Assembly (NCBI GenBank): GCA_029244925.1
Contig: JAQWQE010000051.1
Span: forward strand, 1 to 61,809
DNA length: 61,809 nt
Origin: Gammaproteobacteria bacterium
Lineage (GTDB): Bacteria > Pseudomonadota > Gammaproteobacteria > Steroidobacterales > UBA11654
Direction of reading: 5' to 3'
The notes below the pieces were generated by a model. That model made no database searches. It was not told the origin of the DNA and was given only the letters and a program-made list of their open reading frames with translations. A program made the translations under genes and the position numbers. Of this stretch, positions 59,902 to 61,809 are shown one piece after another. Each line of letters begins with the position of its first letter. Positions within the stretch are counted from its first letter, which is position 1.

Positions 59902-60660
59902 TTATTGCAAGATGAAAAGCCTGAAGATCAGATAATAGGTTATAGTAGCAAAAGCCAATCCAGTTCCAAGGGGTATTTTTCTTCCAGATTTTCTTTTATT
60001 AAGGGCAAATAATAAAAGTGAAACAGAGGAGCCAATTAGTAAAATAGGGCCCAAAGAAAATAATCCAAAAATACTGCCACACCCTGCAAATAGAAGAAAA
60101 TCTCCCCCTCCAATACCTCGCTCCTTTTTTAACCAATAAAATACAGTATTAATAAGCCATAAAGAACCATAACCAATTACTATGCCTAGAATTGATTCCT
60201 CAAATGAAGTGAAATAATTAAAGCCATAATTAAGGACTAAGCCAGTAATTATTAGTAAGGCATTGAGTGAAATAGATAATAAGAAATGCTTATAATCTAA
60301 AACCATTTGAGTATAGAGAATGGAAAATAAAATGAAAACAATAATGCTATTTATACCTATTGGTACACCAAATAGTATGATTACCATAATCAATAAATGA
60401 ATAGCCTCATTTAAGAGATATGAAATCTCTATCTTTTCTTTACAAAAACCACATTTCCCCTTCAAGTGAATGTAACTAACAATCGGAATCAACATAAATG
60501 GTTTTAAACGACTCTTGCACTTAGGACAAAATGATCTTGGCTTGAATAAATTAAGATCCTGATTACTGATAATCAATGGGAATCTATAAATAAAACTATT
60601 AACAAAACTTCCAATAGATAAAGCAAATAAACAGAGTAGAATTGATAACTCTAAATTCAT
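59902..60660 (-). CDS. Prepilin peptidase GspO/PilD
   Basis: GSFVN..RFP, RSFCPKC, KGKCGFC, LDY and GGGDF catalytic Asp residues. Confidence 0.9.
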   Translation of the reverse strand: MNLELSILLCLFALSIGSFVNSFIYRFPLIISNQDLNLFKPRSFCPKCKSRLKPFMLIPIVSYIHLKGKCGFCKEKIEISYLLNEAIHLLIMVIILFGVPIGINSIIVFILFSILYTQMVLDYKHFLLSISLNALLIITGLVLNYGFNYFTSFEESILGIVIGYGSLWLINTVFYWLKKERGIGGGDFLLFAGCGSIFGLFSLGPILLIGSSVSLLLFALNKRKSGRKIPLGTGLAFATITYYLIFRLFILQ

Positions 60661-60713
60661 TCTTGCTCTAGTGATTGCATAACAAAGTCTTAATTATTTT
60701 ATAATTTTTTTAT

Positions 60714-61550
60714 TCAAATTATTCTCTTTGGATAGGAGTAAATATTAAATCGTTTTGAGTTCAGAAAACCAACCAGTGTGATGTCATATTCCCAAGCAGC
60801 CTCAATTGCTAAACTGGAAGGCGCACCAATTGCAACTATCAAAGGGATGCCTGCTAACGCTGATTTATGGACTAACTCAAAACTAGTTCTACCACTCAGC
60901 ATTAAACCAAAACTAGAAAGTGGTAATGTATTTTCATTTAACTGCTTGCCAATTAATTTGTCCAATGCATTGTGACGACCCACATCTTCAAATAAAGTGA
61001 GTATCTCTCCCTTAACATTGAAAAGAGCCGATGCATGAAGTCCACCAGTGATACCAAATGCATCTTGCTTTTGCCTTAGGTTCTTAGGGAGCTGTCTTAA
61101 AACAGACTCGTCAATTGCTAGATTACTCGAATTTCTATTAATCGACTGTATCTTAGAGATACCTTCCACCATTGAGCTGCCACAAATACCACAGGATGAA
61201 TTAATATAAAAATTTCGAATCTTATCTGGATCCAATTTTATAGACTCATTGAGCTCAATCAATATAGTATTATCTCGATTGGAATCATTATCCAATCTAT
61301 CATTTCTAGATACCTCGATAATATCATTTTTATTACAGATGACCCCTTCAGAGAATAAAAACCCCATTGCTAACTCAAAATCATTACCAGGGGTTCTCAT
61401 GGTGATAGCAATGTTTTTATTGGACCTTGATGCAGTGGGGCCATAGCAAAGACTAAATTCTAGTGGCTCCTCAATAGCAACCTCATCCGATATTTCTTGA
61501 GTAACACCTTCAGTATTTTTATGAATAGTAGTACGAATTGATTTTTTCAA
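60714..61550 (-). CDS. fdhD: Formate dehydrogenase accessory sulfurtransferase
   Basis: EEPL, TMRTPG..ELAMGFLFSEG, SSCGICG, TGGLHA, EDVGRHNALDKLIG. Confidence 0.94.
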   Translation of the reverse strand: MKKSIRTTIHKNTEGVTQEISDEVAIEEPLEFSLCYGPTASRSNKNIAITMRTPGNDFELAMGFLFSEGVICNKNDIIEVSRNDRLDNDSNRDNTILIELNESIKLDPDKIRNFYINSSCGICGSSMVEGISKIQSINRNSSNLAIDESVLRQLPKNLRQKQDAFGITGGLHASALFNVKGEILTLFEDVGRHNALDKLIGKQLNENTLPLSSFGLMLSGRTSFELVHKSALAGIPLIVAIGAPSSLAIEAAWEYDITLVGFLNSKRFNIYSYPKRII

Positions 61551-61568
61551 AGATTAATAATCCTAACA

Positions 61569-61809
61569 TTAAGCATCAACATCAGGCAACTTATAATCTT
61601 TATATTCTTGCCTCAGTTCAAATTTCTGAATCTTGCCAGTTGCTGTGTGAGGAAGTGTATCCACAAAAACCACATCATCAGGTATCCACCATTTAGCAAT
61701 TTTACCTTCATACCAAGCTAGAATTTCCTCTTTTGAGGATTCCTCGCCCTCTTTAAGTTGTACCAATAAGAGTGGCCGCTCTGTCCACTGTGGGTGATAA
61801 ACTCCAATT
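61569..61809 (-). CDS. Acyl-CoA ligase C-terminus (long-chain/DmdB-like), partial
   Basis: Frame open to the window end: IGVYHPQWTERPLL..IAKWWIPDDVVFVDTLPHTATGKIQK. Confidence 0.88.
   Translation of the reverse strand, partial: IGVYHPQWTERPLLLVQLKEGEESSKEEILAWYEGKIAKWWIPDDVVFVDTLPHTATGKIQKFELRQEYKDYKLPDVDA

Overview
AT-rich (roughly one third G+C by eye), very tightly packed chromosome of a gammaproteobacterium, with gene content and compaction typical of a streamlined marine heterotroph (lineage not determinable here). 1-33 kb is mostly core: guaB/xseA; an eroded trmJ-iscS-iscU-iscA-ndk-rlmN-rodZ-hisS-yfgM-bamB-der run; suhB; queA-tgt-yajC-secDF; tRNA-Leu(CAA); xerD-dsbC; a TtpC-type TonB system with two ExbD; ETF-QO; gpmA; tesB; folE; moaC/mobA. 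33.5-50.4 kb is accessory: an atypical LeuCD-like hydratase, a cyanobacterial-looking Tat PhoX, an HMG-CoA-lyase-like enzyme, a DUF47-PiT-porin module, and an uncharacterised operon (tandem alpha/beta hydrolase with His at the nucleophile position, FAD oxidoreductase, ferrochelatase-fold lipoprotein, Tat DUF1838 protein, lipoprotein cytochrome c). That operon is the best candidate for an undescribed system, possibly periplasmic tetrapyrrole scavenging or catabolism (inference). 50.4-60.7 kb is a compact type II secretion cluster, followed by fdhD and a partial acyl-CoA ligase. Elements missed by the ORF track include a 39-aa microprotein duplicating the RodZ membrane helix and an SD-occluding hairpin at the guaB start. 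No CRISPR, rRNA or mobile element was seen. Family calls come from motif recognition and memory, not database searches.
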